From Lepidodermella squamata (taxonomy: Eukaryota; Animalia; Gastrotricha), in NCBI GenBank assembly GCA_047495785.1, contig JBLDXI010000033.1, positions 2,108,001 through 2,172,000 of the forward strand: 64,000 bases of DNA. Reading direction: 5' to 3'. The notes beneath the pieces were generated by a model that searched no databases, was not told where the DNA came from, and saw only the letters and a program-made list of their open reading frames with translations. Positions 27,487 to 38,852 of this stretch are shown in pieces (position 1 is the stretch's first letter; each line of letters begins with the position of its first letter). The translations under genes and the position numbers were made by a program.

Positions 27487-29433
27487 TCAATGTAGTAGCA
27501 CAACGCTTCGTAGAAGAGCGTTTTTCACTTTTGTCATGACACCCTCGTCGGCATTTCCATCGAAAATTATGTTGGTCTGTTCGCTGTTCTTCCCAGCGAA
27601 AACAACCATAGCATCGCCACTATTGATTGTCACAGTAGCCGCTTGATTATCCGGTGTTTTCGAGTCTGTCGAGCGGTCAACAACCACATCAGTTATCCCA
27701 TCGTCTTTAAGGCGCTGCAAAAATTCTTCGAGATTCGGCTCACTCAGGGCGTAACACGTTGGTAGAGCATAGTCAGAGGCATTAATTGCATCGGGAATCG
27801 CCTCAAGAACCCGCTTACCATCCCGCTCGACGTAAGCAGCATTGCAAACAGCAAGGGTAACACCTGAATTTCTAAACTGCATCGGCATCAACGATTCAGC
27901 TAAATCCGGGTCCATTGCAACAGTAACAAAATCCTTGCGAAGTGGAACATGGTAAGGCCGTTTTGGAACAGCAGGTACCAATTTGTAGCCAGCCGAACCG
28001 TCGGATGAGGGATGAAAGGGGACTTTCATCTGAGCAGCTTGCTGCACATAGAAATCACACGCCACGACCATGTTTGGCTTCAAATCTGCCAGCAACTTGT
28101 GAACTTGGCCGTAATTCAACCTCGTGTCGATGGGGAATGTAGCTGACTTCATCGCCATGGGTTGATACGGGTCTAACATGCCTAGTCTCGGGCAATCAGG
28201 TTCTACTAGAGCCACCATATTTTTCGGATTAGAGCGCCAGTTTTCCAGCAAGTGGACCGTGTTTCCGAAACGCATACTCGGATGGCCGCAGAAAACTATT
28301 GAAGGAGACTGAAATGAAGAGCTGAATTCGCCGAAAATATCCGTGAAAGTTTTCAACCGGCCCGTTTCAAGCAGGTGAGCGTGTACCATAGGATTTTCGG
28401 GTGAATCTTGCAAAATTGTTTTGCTTCGTCTGTTATCTGAAAGCCATTCAATATAGACATTAGACAGAGTCAAACTTTCTTGCGCGACCGGTGAGACAAA
28501 AAATAGCGGTACTTGCGAAAAATTGCTCATATCAAGATGTTTAGCAACATATTCAATCAAATCGTAGACCACGCCAACAGGTGAACATGGAACCAATACT
28601 GACCCGCCATCACGAACTACGCTTGTAACCATATCGTTGAATTTGCCAATATTCTGATCAGGGCCGACATCGGGGTGGCGAGTCATGCTGAGCAGGAAAC
28701 ATACATCGGCAGATCGAAGAGGCGGTAAATCCAAAGCACGAGACTGAATCGAAATAGACGAAGATGACGAAATGACCACAATTTTGCGCCCATCGCCTTC
28801 AATCACCCAATTAGCGCTACCTAGAGTTTGACCCGAGCAATACGGAGTGATATCGACCAATCCGTAGATATCAGCGCTCTGACTGAAAAACAGCGTTTCA
28901 ACCAAATCCCAACATTTGACCAGCTCCTCTCGAGTTGGAAAGACCGAATTAGGAATAGCCATATCATGCAACCGTTCTTGCTTGTAAGAATATCCACTAG
29001 TTGCTGATTTCAGGTCGTCAGACAGCTTCCATTTAATTCGACATTGGTCCACCATGGTAGCAATCTCTTCGAAGCAAAGTCTGCCCAGCTCGATGGTAGG
29101 TTCAGTAGCAAGAACGCGAGCTCTGAAGCCGGGTAGGCGAACTAAGAAGGGCAAAGCTGTGATCGACTCAAAATTCGACAGCAAAACCACGTCGACGTCA
29201 GCCCAGCTGATTAAATTGAAAGACGGCATTTTGACCTCCCAAGCGTCGCTATCGTCGTCATTCATGTTTTCAATATCACGCTGAAACTTCGAAATCGATG
29301 ACACAAGTGGTTTGGGATCGGAGGCTCGTAGAGATTCAAAATCGACAGCGCAATCGACCACAATAGTGACAGAGCGAAGTCGGAGCCATAAACAAGTTCG
29401 ATGTACGTTATCGGACAGGTAGCAAAATCTCAT
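27487..29433 (-). CDS. INTS9: Integrator complex subunit 9 (intronless)
   Basis: Inactive MBL/beta-CASP fold: VDVVLLSN..ALPF, ATEPT..GR, LGSANW, FCGHPSMRFG, PIDTRLN. Confidence 0.93.
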   Translation of the reverse strand: MRFCYLSDNVHRTCLWLRLRSVTIVVDCAVDFESLRASDPKPLVSSISKFQRDIENMNDDDSDAWEVKMPSFNLISWADVDVVLLSNFESITALPFLVRLPGFRARVLATEPTIELGRLCFEEIATMVDQCRIKWKLSDDLKSATSGYSYKQERLHDMAIPNSVFPTREELVKCWDLVETLFFSQSADIYGLVDITPYCSGQTLGSANWVIEGDGRKIVVISSSSSISIQSRALDLPPLRSADVCFLLSMTRHPDVGPDQNIGKFNDMVTSVVRDGGSVLVPCSPVGVVYDLIEYVAKHLDMSNFSQVPLFFVSPVAQESLTLSNVYIEWLSDNRRSKTILQDSPENPMVHAHLLETGRLKTFTDIFGEFSSSFQSPSIVFCGHPSMRFGNTVHLLENWRSNPKNMVALVEPDCPRLGMLDPYQPMAMKSATFPIDTRLNYGQVHKLLADLKPNMVVACDFYVQQAAQMKVPFHPSSDGSAGYKLVPAVPKRPYHVPLRKDFVTVAMDPDLAESLMPMQFRNSGVTLAVCNAAYVERDGKRVLEAIPDAINASDYALPTCYALSEPNLEEFLQRLKDDGITDVVVDRSTDSKTPDNQAATVTINSGDAMVVFAGKNSEQTNIIFDGNADEGVMTKVKNALLRSVVLLH

Positions 29434-29505
29434 TTTCAGAAATTATCTATATCAGAAATAAACCAAATGTAGATTAGCGAGCTTTAATTTCACGTTTCAA
29501 TAAGA

Positions 29506-32500
29506 TTAAGATTTCGCTGCTATCGCAGCGGCTTGTTTTTGCTTTTTAGCCAAGTTCTTTTTCTTCAATTTTTCAGTTGCCGCAGCCTGAGCGGCGCCAC
29601 TGAGCATAAGCTTGCAAGATTGGGGCATATTTTTTGACCACTCATCCTCTGGCACTGCTTTAACCATCGACCGCACAACTGCGAATTGCTGCAATTTTTG
29701 ATCAGCATTGGCCGAATTCTCACCACCCGACCGTTGCTGCCGCTCACCCGCAAGCTGTCTCTGCCAAGCTTCGACAGCAGCTCGCGCCACTTTACCACGC
29801 TTAGTCTTACCAGGAATGATTTTAACGCGGAATGAGCACCGAGAAAGCGATGGGTAAGGTGCACACATCGGCAGAGCGTAGAGAACAGTCTGCGATGAAG
29901 TGCTATCTAACGACTTGACGTCATCTTGACTCTCAGCCGCTAAATTGAAAAATCGAACTAGGGGTGCTTTTTTCACCGGGTCGCAAATGAACCGATGCAA
30001 AGCGGAGTCGATTTGATGTCGTTGCTTGTTCAAACGATGTTTAATATCAGCTTCATTCTCATCATCTCCGAGATCGACAGGCACGGCTTCTTGCGGTTGA
30101 TTTCTCGGTTGCCTCGGCGGCCGATCGACTGACTCGCGTTTAACAGCTGGAGCCGCAGAAGCTGGCGGAGCATTTTTTGCAGCCTTCTTCGAATTTTTCT
30201 CTTGCTTACTGCCAGAAGATTGCAGCAAAGCCATCCGCAGCTCTCGCTCCTCTTCATCTTGATCGGCGTATTTGTCCTTGATTTTTTTCAATTTACCTTT
30301 CTGCCCTCGAGTCGGCTGTTTATTTTGCTTACCGGTCGGAGCAGTAACGGGTCTTTCGTGAACGACTGGTTGTTGCTTCTGTTGTTGCTGCTGCTGTTGC
30401 TTCTGTTTTTGTTGCTGTTGCTGCTTTTTGATGACATTGGGATTAATTGTCGAGACTACAACAACTTCCTCTTCAACTTTCGACCCAACACCAGCCCAAA
30501 CGTCCAAGTCGTCTTCATCAGCAGGTTTGTCGCCGCTTTCCTCTTTCTTCTCTTCGATTTTAGTTTCTTCAGCATTCGTCTCTGGCTTGTCAACGAAATT
30601 TTTAACTGGCTCTGGGGCAGTCTCCTCGTCTGAGGAATCACTTTCGCTTCCGTCTCCATCCTCATTTTCCTCCGATTTCGGAGCGGCTACGAACACAACG
30701 CCAAGGCCAAGCACAAGAGGTTCAAGGGGAAGAATATTGCGCTTACCACGAACGATGAAAGCACCAGAAGCAACGAATTCACCGGTTTGAGGGGTTTTAG
30801 AGACCTGATTACCCCAGACCCAATAAGCATGAGCCGGGGTACCCTCTTGCCATGCCATACTTCTCGCCACGGCGAAAATAGCAGCTTCTCGTAAAGTGGA
30901 AGGCGGTGGTGGGATTCGCTCTTCAGCAGTAAGTTTCGCTGAATCTAGGCCAGTTTTTATCAACACAACACCAGCACCATGAAGTTCACAATGCAAGAAA
31001 ATATCAGTCGGAGCCATGTATCGACGGACTAGAATTTCGTTTTGTTGATGATCTCGACCAGCGATCACAAGCCGGCCATCTGATGATACAAACCAAGCGA
31101 ATTGCTCGAACCAAAACGCACGTCTTGCTGAACGAGTTGACTTGGCTCTCTCGTCCAACTCTCCTAAACTTTTGGAAGCGCCAGTTCCGATGCTGCGCTC
31201 AGCATTTTTTATAGCGACTTGAGCGGCCGCAACAGTTTTTGTCATTTTATCCAAAGCGGTGCGACGTTTAGCCCAAAGCTTTTCACAATTCAATACAGCG
31301 GACAGGGCCAGCTCAACAGATACGGCTGTGTTATTGAATCGAAGCTTTATGATACCCTTGTCGATCTCTAGCTTGTAAATAACGGCAGCTGTTGGATCGC
31401 CAAGACTTCTTGCTTCCAGAAGCAGTTGCTCGATATCAGGCTGGGCCAAACCGGCCGTGACAGCAGTTCGAACTGTACTCAAAGCTCTTTCTACAATTGC
31501 CATGTTTTGCTCAATGATATCAGCGGCAAGTGAGGCATTTTTGGCTTCATCCTCGAGCGTCTTGATGCGACCATCGTGATCTCGCCTAACGTTTTCGACT
31601 CTCTTTAAAGCTGCATCTCGATCAGCTGCTTGCTTAACTTGCAGTTTCGAATCTTCTTGTTTCCAGAAAAACTCATCAACTGCTTCGGAAAATGACTCGA
31701 AGGGCTTCACCAGCTCTGGTTCCGAATCTTTGCACAAGTGAGCGAATAGGAATGGTGAAAATTCGTCATACACAGCAGATTTTTCCGCACTTGATTTTGT
31801 AACAGGTAACGCAGACAGATTTATGCAGGGAGATAGAGGTGCTTTGAGCACGGCGCCATTAACTGCAGACCCAGGTTTTACAGTTTCAATGAGCGAAGAA
31901 AGCATATTTTCCGCCTCCAGAACAGCCTCGCTCAATTGACTCAGGAAAGAATCACGCCCACCGTAGCTTTTGAAGCAATCTCTCATCGGCTTTCTGCCGT
32001 CGAGTTTATGCAAATGCAAATAATGTTCCAAAAGAATCGTTGCCCCGCCGAACCGTTTGCTGAGTACCTTTGACAGCCATCTCCTCAGCTGATCTTTTTC
32101 ATCGCAAGATATGCCATCATCCTTCACTATTTTGGCTATTTCACTCTCCAAAATGCCTCGGATGGTAGTTTCGTCGAAAACTTGAGCAGGCTCACTGATT
32201 TCAACAGGGTAGCGTTGTCCAACAGCAGGTCGAGGGCGGAGAGCATACACGACAACGTAATCATCCGTAGTAAGCAGAATATTGCCGTGGTCGTAAAGCT
32301 CGACAATGAGACGGTATTTGCCAAAGTCAAAATCGAGAACTCTTTCCAAGCAGCTTCCAGTGACAAGCATGTTCACGTTGAACAAGACCGAGCCCCGAAG
32401 ATGTTTTCGCAGCTTCATGGCAAACCCGTTCGGAAGATCAGGCTTAGGCCATTCGTGATTAGTCATGTGCAGGCGAATACCGGATTCAATGAATATAACA

Positions 32501-32646
32501 CCTTTGCCTTTGCCCTGGCCAGATAGCTTGAAAAGATAAGTCTTTCCATTAATATCATATACATTAGCTAGACGCCTCCCAACAGCTGATGTCCTCAAGT
32601 CATGGATAATAGCAGCAACATCAACTGCATTGAATCGATTTTTCAT
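29506..32646 (-). CDS. NEMF: Ribosome quality control subunit NEMF/Rqc2 (intronless)
   Basis: MKNRFNAVDV, ESGIRLH, FAMKLRKH, WFEQFAWFVSS, GRDHQQNE, QVSKTP.TGE, KYADQDEEER. The first ATG is at 32646. Confidence 0.96.
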   Translation of the reverse strand: MKNRFNAVDVAAIIHDLRTSAVGRRLANVYDINGKTYLFKLSGQGKGKGVIFIESGIRLHMTNHEWPKPDLPNGFAMKLRKHLRGSVLFNVNMLVTGSCLERVLDFDFGKYRLIVELYDHGNILLTTDDYVVVYALRPRPAVGQRYPVEISEPAQVFDETTIRGILESEIAKIVKDDGISCDEKDQLRRWLSKVLSKRFGGATILLEHYLHLHKLDGRKPMRDCFKSYGGRDSFLSQLSEAVLEAENMLSSLIETVKPGSAVNGAVLKAPLSPCINLSALPVTKSSAEKSAVYDEFSPFLFAHLCKDSEPELVKPFESFSEAVDEFFWKQEDSKLQVKQAADRDAALKRVENVRRDHDGRIKTLEDEAKNASLAADIIEQNMAIVERALSTVRTAVTAGLAQPDIEQLLLEARSLGDPTAAVIYKLEIDKGIIKLRFNNTAVSVELALSAVLNCEKLWAKRRTALDKMTKTVAAAQVAIKNAERSIGTGASKSLGELDERAKSTRSARRAFWFEQFAWFVSSDGRLVIAGRDHQQNEILVRRYMAPTDIFLHCELHGAGVVLIKTGLDSAKLTAEERIPPPPSTLREAAIFAVARSMAWQEGTPAHAYWVWGNQVSKTPQTGEFVASGAFIVRGKRNILPLEPLVLGLGVVFVAAPKSEENEDGDGSESDSSDEETAPEPVKNFVDKPETNAEETKIEEKKEESGDKPADEDDLDVWAGVGSKVEEEVVVVSTINPNVIKKQQQQQKQKQQQQQQQKQQPVVHERPVTAPTGKQNKQPTRGQKGKLKKIKDKYADQDEEERELRMALLQSSGSKQEKNSKKAAKNAPPASAAPAVKRESVDRPPRQPRNQPQEAVPVDLGDDENEADIKHRLNKQRHQIDSALHRFICDPVKKAPLVRFFNLAAESQDDVKSLDSTSSQTVLYALPMCAPYPSLSRCSFRVKIIPGKTKRGKVARAAVEAWQRQLAGERQQRSGGENSANADQKLQQFAVVRSMVKAVPEDEWSKNMPQSCKLMLSGAAQAAATEKLKKKNLAKKQKQAAAIAAKS

Positions 32647-34001
32647 TTTATTGTACAATCACAGTCTATATGAAAAAGTCATCCGTCATCCAAATTGTGT
32701 TCCGAGATTCGAGAGAAAATGGCTAATAAGTCAAGTAAAAAGACAACGGCTTAAAATACACAAATACGGATTATTTAGCCTCCGATCATAACAAGCCATT
32801 ACATCCGATCGAATGTCGCACGTCGGACATCGGACATTGGACATTAATTAAAGGGGCCATGACGCTGGGGCCAGGGGCATTGCCCAACAATCTGTACCAA
32901 TGGCGGGAATGGATACAAATCACTAGCATCACTAGCACCTATAGCAATAACGCTTAAAATATAGCAAGAGTGATTGAAATGTCAACGGAACTCCCAAGAT
33001 GACTCATAGAACTAGCAATAGCAACTTCAAAAACTTGGAACGGGTTGAGGCCACAAAAATTCAGTTGTTTTTGTAAAATTCTTGCTAATCAGAAGCCAAA
33101 ACCACTTCAAGTTCTACAAAAATAACAACTAACATTATCGCAATAATTTGCGCGATTATTATTATTTCGGTTGACCTTCACGTTATTAATGCTCTGCCCG
33201 GCGCGGGCAATTTTTTTGTTTGAAGTCCGCGATGTCGTGACATGCAAAATTCCGTTGGGCAGATAAGCATTGCGCGTTGATTCGCGGTCTGAAAGGTCTT
33301 AGTGTTTGCTGCGGTTTATTTTTGAATCCTTAGCGTTGTTCATTGCATGCTTATCTACTTGGAAACGAAGAAGCTCTCAATCTGTGGAGTTTCTAATCCA
33401 TGCGCGTTCGGGTTGCGGCGCAAATGCTTAGCTTTGTCGCTGCCTACTGTTCCATTTCCACTCCTGGCATCAGCCTTGTGTTTTAATATATCACCTTGAA
33501 GAATTCGTTTGAAAGCCACCTGAGACAATCCCTTAGCTCTAACGGTGAATAGCTATTTGCTACAGACTATAGATGAATCCGGCATCTATTTGCATACTTT
33601 TCGAATGAACTTTCTCGCGGTGCTAATAAACGATCACTTATTTCCAATAAAGAACTTCGAAAAATTTGTCATGTTCCCGCGATAATCTCCCTTGCAAGCT
33701 AACCTGAAGTAATCTTGCTTTACTTGAGCCCATCAAGTTTTTCAGGGCCTTGCCGACTGCCTTTTATTAATACCAGTGGTCAACCTAGTGCGAAACTTAT
33801 GAATCAGAACTCACCGAGTCTTTACGCTTTTAATGGTTCTCCGCGGCCTATCTTAGGGGAGAAGGAAAGGGTAATTCGCGTCGTCATTCAAAACACGCAT
33901 TATACATTATACATTTCTTTCCGATTGCGCTTGGGTCTGATCTATCAGATTCACTCTTCTTTTTATCAACTAGAGGCTTGAATTCATCTCATGCAAATTG
34001 G

Positions 34002-34032
<31 letters not shown>
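34002..34032. repeat. (TTA)n microsatellite
   Basis: About 10 TTA units, directly upstream of a tandem ATGTCCGAAC. Confidence 0.9.
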
Positions 34033-34033
<1 letters not shown>

Positions 34034-34385
34034 TGGTTCTATGTCCGAACCCATGTCCGAACGTTAGGCCTGTTAGTGATTTTGGTATCATGTTGCGTCT
34101 AATTTTACGTGCGATCTGTCAGTATTTACAGTTTTATATATTCACCTTCGATATACTGCCCCTAATTCTCAGCTTTGCATGACATAGTTTATTGAGCTGA
34201 AATAAATCGGTTTCTCAGCGGCTCTAGGCAGGTGCAATATCTTTTTACAGTAATCGACTCAGCGCTTTGCATACCGCTGATGTAGTTTTATTAATAGTTA
34301 ATTAGCAGCAAATAGCTTTATCGATTTCAACTCGACTCCTATCTAAATGTCAGCTTTATCCATTAATAGGAGTTTGGGCAATATA

Positions 34386-36566
34386 ATGGAGGATGGCGAG
34401 CTTGATATTAGTGAAATTGAAGGATACATACTGTTTGGCGAAAGCAATAATGTGGAGTTTTGGTGCATGAATGACCACTTCGATTCTTTCGTTCGCGCCA
34501 TATGCCAGCGCAAAGGATTTGATGAAAATGATCTTCCTTCGGCTCTAACTCAATTATTTGGTCACTTGATAAATGTCGAGGCTCAATATGATAACAAGCA
34601 AAATAGTGTCGACCTCATTCATTGTGAAAATGGAATCACTGTAAAACTTCGTCATCTTGGTGTTTATTCACTGCTCGTGGTTGGTAGCAGCGGGGAAGAT
34701 AATCACCTTCTATATATGGCCGATTTGTTCCGAGCTGTAACGCAAATGTTTGTTGGTTATTCTTACGGCAGTTTAAATACAAAATCTGCACTCAATTTTT
34801 GCATCCTTGACATGTTAAGGAAGAGTTCGCTGATTGGCGTGGAAAACCCATATCATTTTATGCGTGCTTGTGAAGTAGTCCCAAAATCTAAGCTTAAGCC
34901 AATATCTGCTTCGGTTACTTCTTGCCTCGAAAAATTGGTATCATCAGCTACGGCTGCATCAATTTTAGATGGCTTTGGAACCATTCTTGAGGCTCATTGT
35001 TTCGCTGGAAATCTGATGATTGGCTCTGTACGATGCGCCCCGCAAACGACCAGACAGCGTATTTTACCCTCAGAAATATGGAAACTGCGTGATATGGCAA
35101 GCAGTATATCCCAAAAGCGATTGTCTGCCAACTCTTGTGTCACCGTCGATGTGTTTTTGAATTCGTGTGAGTCACCCTATTTCTTGGCTTGCAGAGCCCA
35201 CATAGTTTCCGTCGACCCTGATATCACTTGTGTGATGATATCAGAGCACGAGTGGTGTTCAATCGCCAGACCGATTCGTAGGTTGCTCAAATTACTTGCC
35301 ATGATTTTGAGGGGACAGCCGTCAGTTTCGAAACTACCTCACCGTCATATTGATACGATTGCCTCGACGGAGCTGAATCGCATGAGTGATTGTTTGGATG
35401 CGTTTCGAAGTGCCGAGAGCAATCGAGGAGGCGATGTAACTTTTGGTAGCTTGGCGTCAAATTTTTCGCTTAGTTCAAATTCTTCCATGGCGGTTTTTCC
35501 GTCGGGTACCAGGAGTATGCCTTCGCTAAATGTAGTAATTGGGCTGATGCAACAAGCCTTGAACCAGTTCCGAATTTTACGGGAGAAGAATGCTTTTCAA
35601 TCTTTTTGCCGAGATCCCCGAAACACGCCCCATCACTCTACGATGAAACAGTTGTATAACATCGTTGAAAAGCTCAACACCACGTTGTTTCAGCCGCTGG
35701 TTGTGGTTCAGACTCCAGAAATTTTCGTTCAGCCCTTACTCGCCGCCGCTCAAGAGCTGTCTTCCTTGATCAATGGTTCACTACCCTTTGAAGCCTCCCT
35801 TGATGTCTTGACCGAAGCGAATTCCCCGATCGGTAGAAACGTCATGCTTTGTGTCCTAGTTGACCGATCTTCGAACACATTTGCTTGCTACCCAAATCTT
35901 CGAAGCGATTCAAATTCGAACTTGAAATTCCGAAATGGCGAACTCGAGCTTTCATACCAGACATTGCTGCGGTTCATGCACGATTCTATGTGGCGCTGCT
36001 GGTCATTGATTAACATCGGGCATTCCGCTGCAAGCTGGACGACAGACTTTGTTGACGAAAATGAACAAGGCTCAACGAGTCATATTCCAGTTCGATTTTC
36101 CTACGCTTCCCAGGTCGTTATATCGCCAGCTAATCCAATGAAAACGTCATCACTGATGCCAGGAGTTGCCGATATGAACCAACTCGAGCAGATTTTCAAC
36201 GATCCAGACGTGACGTCTCAGCTGATTTGGAGCGAGCACTTCTACCGGTTGATGGCTCGAATGTACTCCGACAACCCGGCGCCAAATGATCCAATGAACA
36301 CGCGCGCTTCAAATATGTTTTCGCTTGACTTCAACACAACCATGCGATCTCGACAATCAACGCAGGGCGAAATCGGCGCTCCGACTGTCCCTGCCCGCAA
36401 ATCGGGTTCTTTGGTCGTTATTTACGAAGCTTTTTGCTTGTTTCTTGAACCGGTAACTTCGGCCGAGGTCGACAAAGTATTCCGTTGCCTTTTCTCGGAT
36501 GGAGTTCAAATTTTTGAGGAGAGTGATAGATTCTTCCCGATCAATGCTTCCGCTAGTCGTCGATAA
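34386..36566 (+). CDS. HPS1: HPS1-like (BLOC-3, longin domain) protein, intronless
   Basis: N-terminal GYILFGESNNVEFW..F and C-terminal FYRLM and YEAFCLFL..V resemble HPS1. The ATG at 34386 follows an acceptor AG; 34347 is an alternative start. Confidence 0.6.
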   Translation: MEDGELDISEIEGYILFGESNNVEFWCMNDHFDSFVRAICQRKGFDENDLPSALTQLFGHLINVEAQYDNKQNSVDLIHCENGITVKLRHLGVYSLLVVGSSGEDNHLLYMADLFRAVTQMFVGYSYGSLNTKSALNFCILDMLRKSSLIGVENPYHFMRACEVVPKSKLKPISASVTSCLEKLVSSATAASILDGFGTILEAHCFAGNLMIGSVRCAPQTTRQRILPSEIWKLRDMASSISQKRLSANSCVTVDVFLNSCESPYFLACRAHIVSVDPDITCVMISEHEWCSIARPIRRLLKLLAMILRGQPSVSKLPHRHIDTIASTELNRMSDCLDAFRSAESNRGGDVTFGSLASNFSLSSNSSMAVFPSGTRSMPSLNVVIGLMQQALNQFRILREKNAFQSFCRDPRNTPHHSTMKQLYNIVEKLNTTLFQPLVVVQTPEIFVQPLLAAAQELSSLINGSLPFEASLDVLTEANSPIGRNVMLCVLVDRSSNTFACYPNLRSDSNSNLKFRNGELELSYQTLLRFMHDSMWRCWSLINIGHSAASWTTDFVDENEQGSTSHIPVRFSYASQVVISPANPMKTSSLMPGVADMNQLEQIFNDPDVTSQLIWSEHFYRLMARMYSDNPAPNDPMNTRASNMFSLDFNTTMRSRQSTQGEIGAPTVPARKSGSLVVIYEAFCLFLEPVTSAEVDKVFRCLFSDGVQIFEESDRFFPINASASRR

Positions 36567-36715
36567 ACTATTGTTATTTATTATTTCTAAGAAAAATGAT
36601 TATTTCTACTCGTGATTTACACCGCCTTTCATCAACTGCTACATGATTTCGACATCGATTATGCAATAATTTGATCATAAATGATTTTTTTCTAATTATA
36701 TAGAATTTTTACTAA

Positions 36716-38742
36716 ATGCCTCTTCGCGTCGCGGTGGTTACAATCAGTACCAGATGTTCCTCTGGGACGGCTAAGGATGAAAGCGGCCCGACTCTTTGTG
36801 AACTGGTCACAAGCCGTGGTTGGAACGTGGCTGCGAAATCGGTGATAAGCGACAACAGAACGTTGATTGAATCAACCTTGAGAGATATGGCGAAATCTGG
36901 GTCGTTTGATGTTATCCTAACGACTGGTGGGACCGGCATTTCACCCGACGATCAAACCCCTGAAGCCACGAAACCCGTTTTGGATCGCGAATTACCTGGC
37001 ATTGTATCAGCTATATTCACTGCTTCTTACCAAGAAACGCCTTTCGCCATGCTGTCCCGCGGTTTGGCCGGAGTAGCTGGTAACACGGTGATTGTCAACA
37101 TGCCCGGTAGCGTTCGAGCGGTTCGCACGTGTTTTACGACTGTAGCTCCGGTTTTGGAACACGCTGTATCACTCGTTGCGAACAAAACGGAAGAAGTGGC
37201 TAAGACACACGCGCAGATGCCGGGACACGGCCATTCACACAACCATGGCCACAGTCACGGCCATAGCCATAGCCACAAACACGTCTGTACGGGTTCACAC
37301 GATGCGAGACGCAGACATGGAGAAGACAGACCTCGCGAATCACCCTATCCCATTATTTCTGTCGAGAAGGCGTTGGAAACTGTTTTGAGTCACTGCGGGG
37401 CCACCGATGCTCTGCCCGTTGAAGAAGTTGATTTGCCTTGCTCTCCTAGCAACGACAAGAACCCACCGCTTTGCAATCGCTACATTGCTAAAGATATCTA
37501 CGCCGTTTGCCCAGTTCCAGCTTTTCGAGCCAGCGTAAAAGACGGCTATGCGATTCGCAGCGCTGATGGAGCTGGAAAGCGTCTTGTAATCGGCCGCAGC
37601 GATGCCGGGGATTGCTACGAGGGAGGCGAACTCCAACCAGGCTTTGCCGTTGCCATCAATACTGGCGCGAAAGTACCGGACAGTGCCGATGCCGTTATTC
37701 AAATCGAAGACACGCGCTTTATTTCTGGTAAAGAAGAGCCTACTGGGGATCGAAAATTCTCGATTCTAGAAACTATCGAACTTACCTCAACGCCTAAACC
37801 GAATCAAGACATTCGACCGATCGGGTTTGATTTGAAGGTTGGCGAGAAACTGGCTTCAGTGGGTGACAGGTTGCTACCGGCCGTTGTTGCCCTACTAATT
37901 TCTGGGGGTCATTCCAAAGTTCCTGTGTTCAAATTACCCGTTGTTGCCACATTTTCAACTGGATCTGAACTTGTTACTGGTGATATTCCTAACCAAAATG
38001 GTTTTGTTAGAGACTCAAACAGGTTTCTATCATGAATTTCTCATAAATAGTCGCTTATCGATTTCATTAATTTTTCAGACCAATGCTGACTGAATTGCTT
38101 GGCTCTCATGGTTTTCCCTGTGTTGATTGCGGAATCGCTAAAGATACGCTTGAGGATCACCGCGCGAAATTTCGAGCCGCCCTCGCTGTTCCAGGGGTTC
38201 GGGTGCTTGTTACCACTGGTGGGGTTTCAATGGGCGATTGCGATTATGTGAAAGACGTGCTAACCGCTGATTTTGATGCGACAATTCACTTCGGCCGAGT
38301 TCTCATGAAACCCGGAAAGCCAACAGTTTTTTCGACTATCAAACAAGGCGACTCGTCTGTTTTGGTGTTTTCTCTACCCGGAAACCCTGTCAGTGCTCTG
38401 GTTACTGCTCACCTATTTTTGCTACCAGCACTTCGACGTTTAGCTGGTACTCTCAGCCAAGGGCCGGCCATTCCTACCATGTATGCTAAACTGGCTCATG
38501 ATTTCGACCTTGACCCCCGCCCTGAATATCATCGGGTAAATCTTAAAAGCGACCCCGCTACTGGGTGCCTACTGGCCACTAGCACGGATGCGAATAACCA
38601 AGCCAGTAGCCGTATTGCTTCAGCTGCAGGGGGTTCAGGCTCCTTGATGCTAGGAATTGTGGCCCTTCCACCGTCGACCAAAGACCGTTTCATTATGCCA
38701 GCTGGCTCTATTTTGCCCGTCCATCCTCTTGTGCCTCTTTGA
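36716..38742 (+). CDS. GPHN: Gephyrin/cinnamon (fused MogA G domain and MoeA E domain)
   Basis: ILTTGGTG.SPDD.TPEAT, RESPYP, ASVKDGYA, FSTGSEL, TTGGVSMG, SLPGNPVS, DPRPEYHR. One intron at ~38023-38078. Confidence 0.93.
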
Positions 38743-38852
38743 ACCAAATATTTTGTCTTGCCAATGGATTATGTTAATATTGCTAAATGATTCATCATTT
38801 TTGATAGGTTCTTTAGTAGTATATAATCAAATAAGTTGGCGCTGGTTCGTTG

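Noticed and set aside
33280-33575. RNase P/MRP-like words (GAAAGGTCTTAG ... CAGACTA)
   Set aside because: P4 complementarity and the other conserved regions are not convincing. Kept only as an unassigned structured region.
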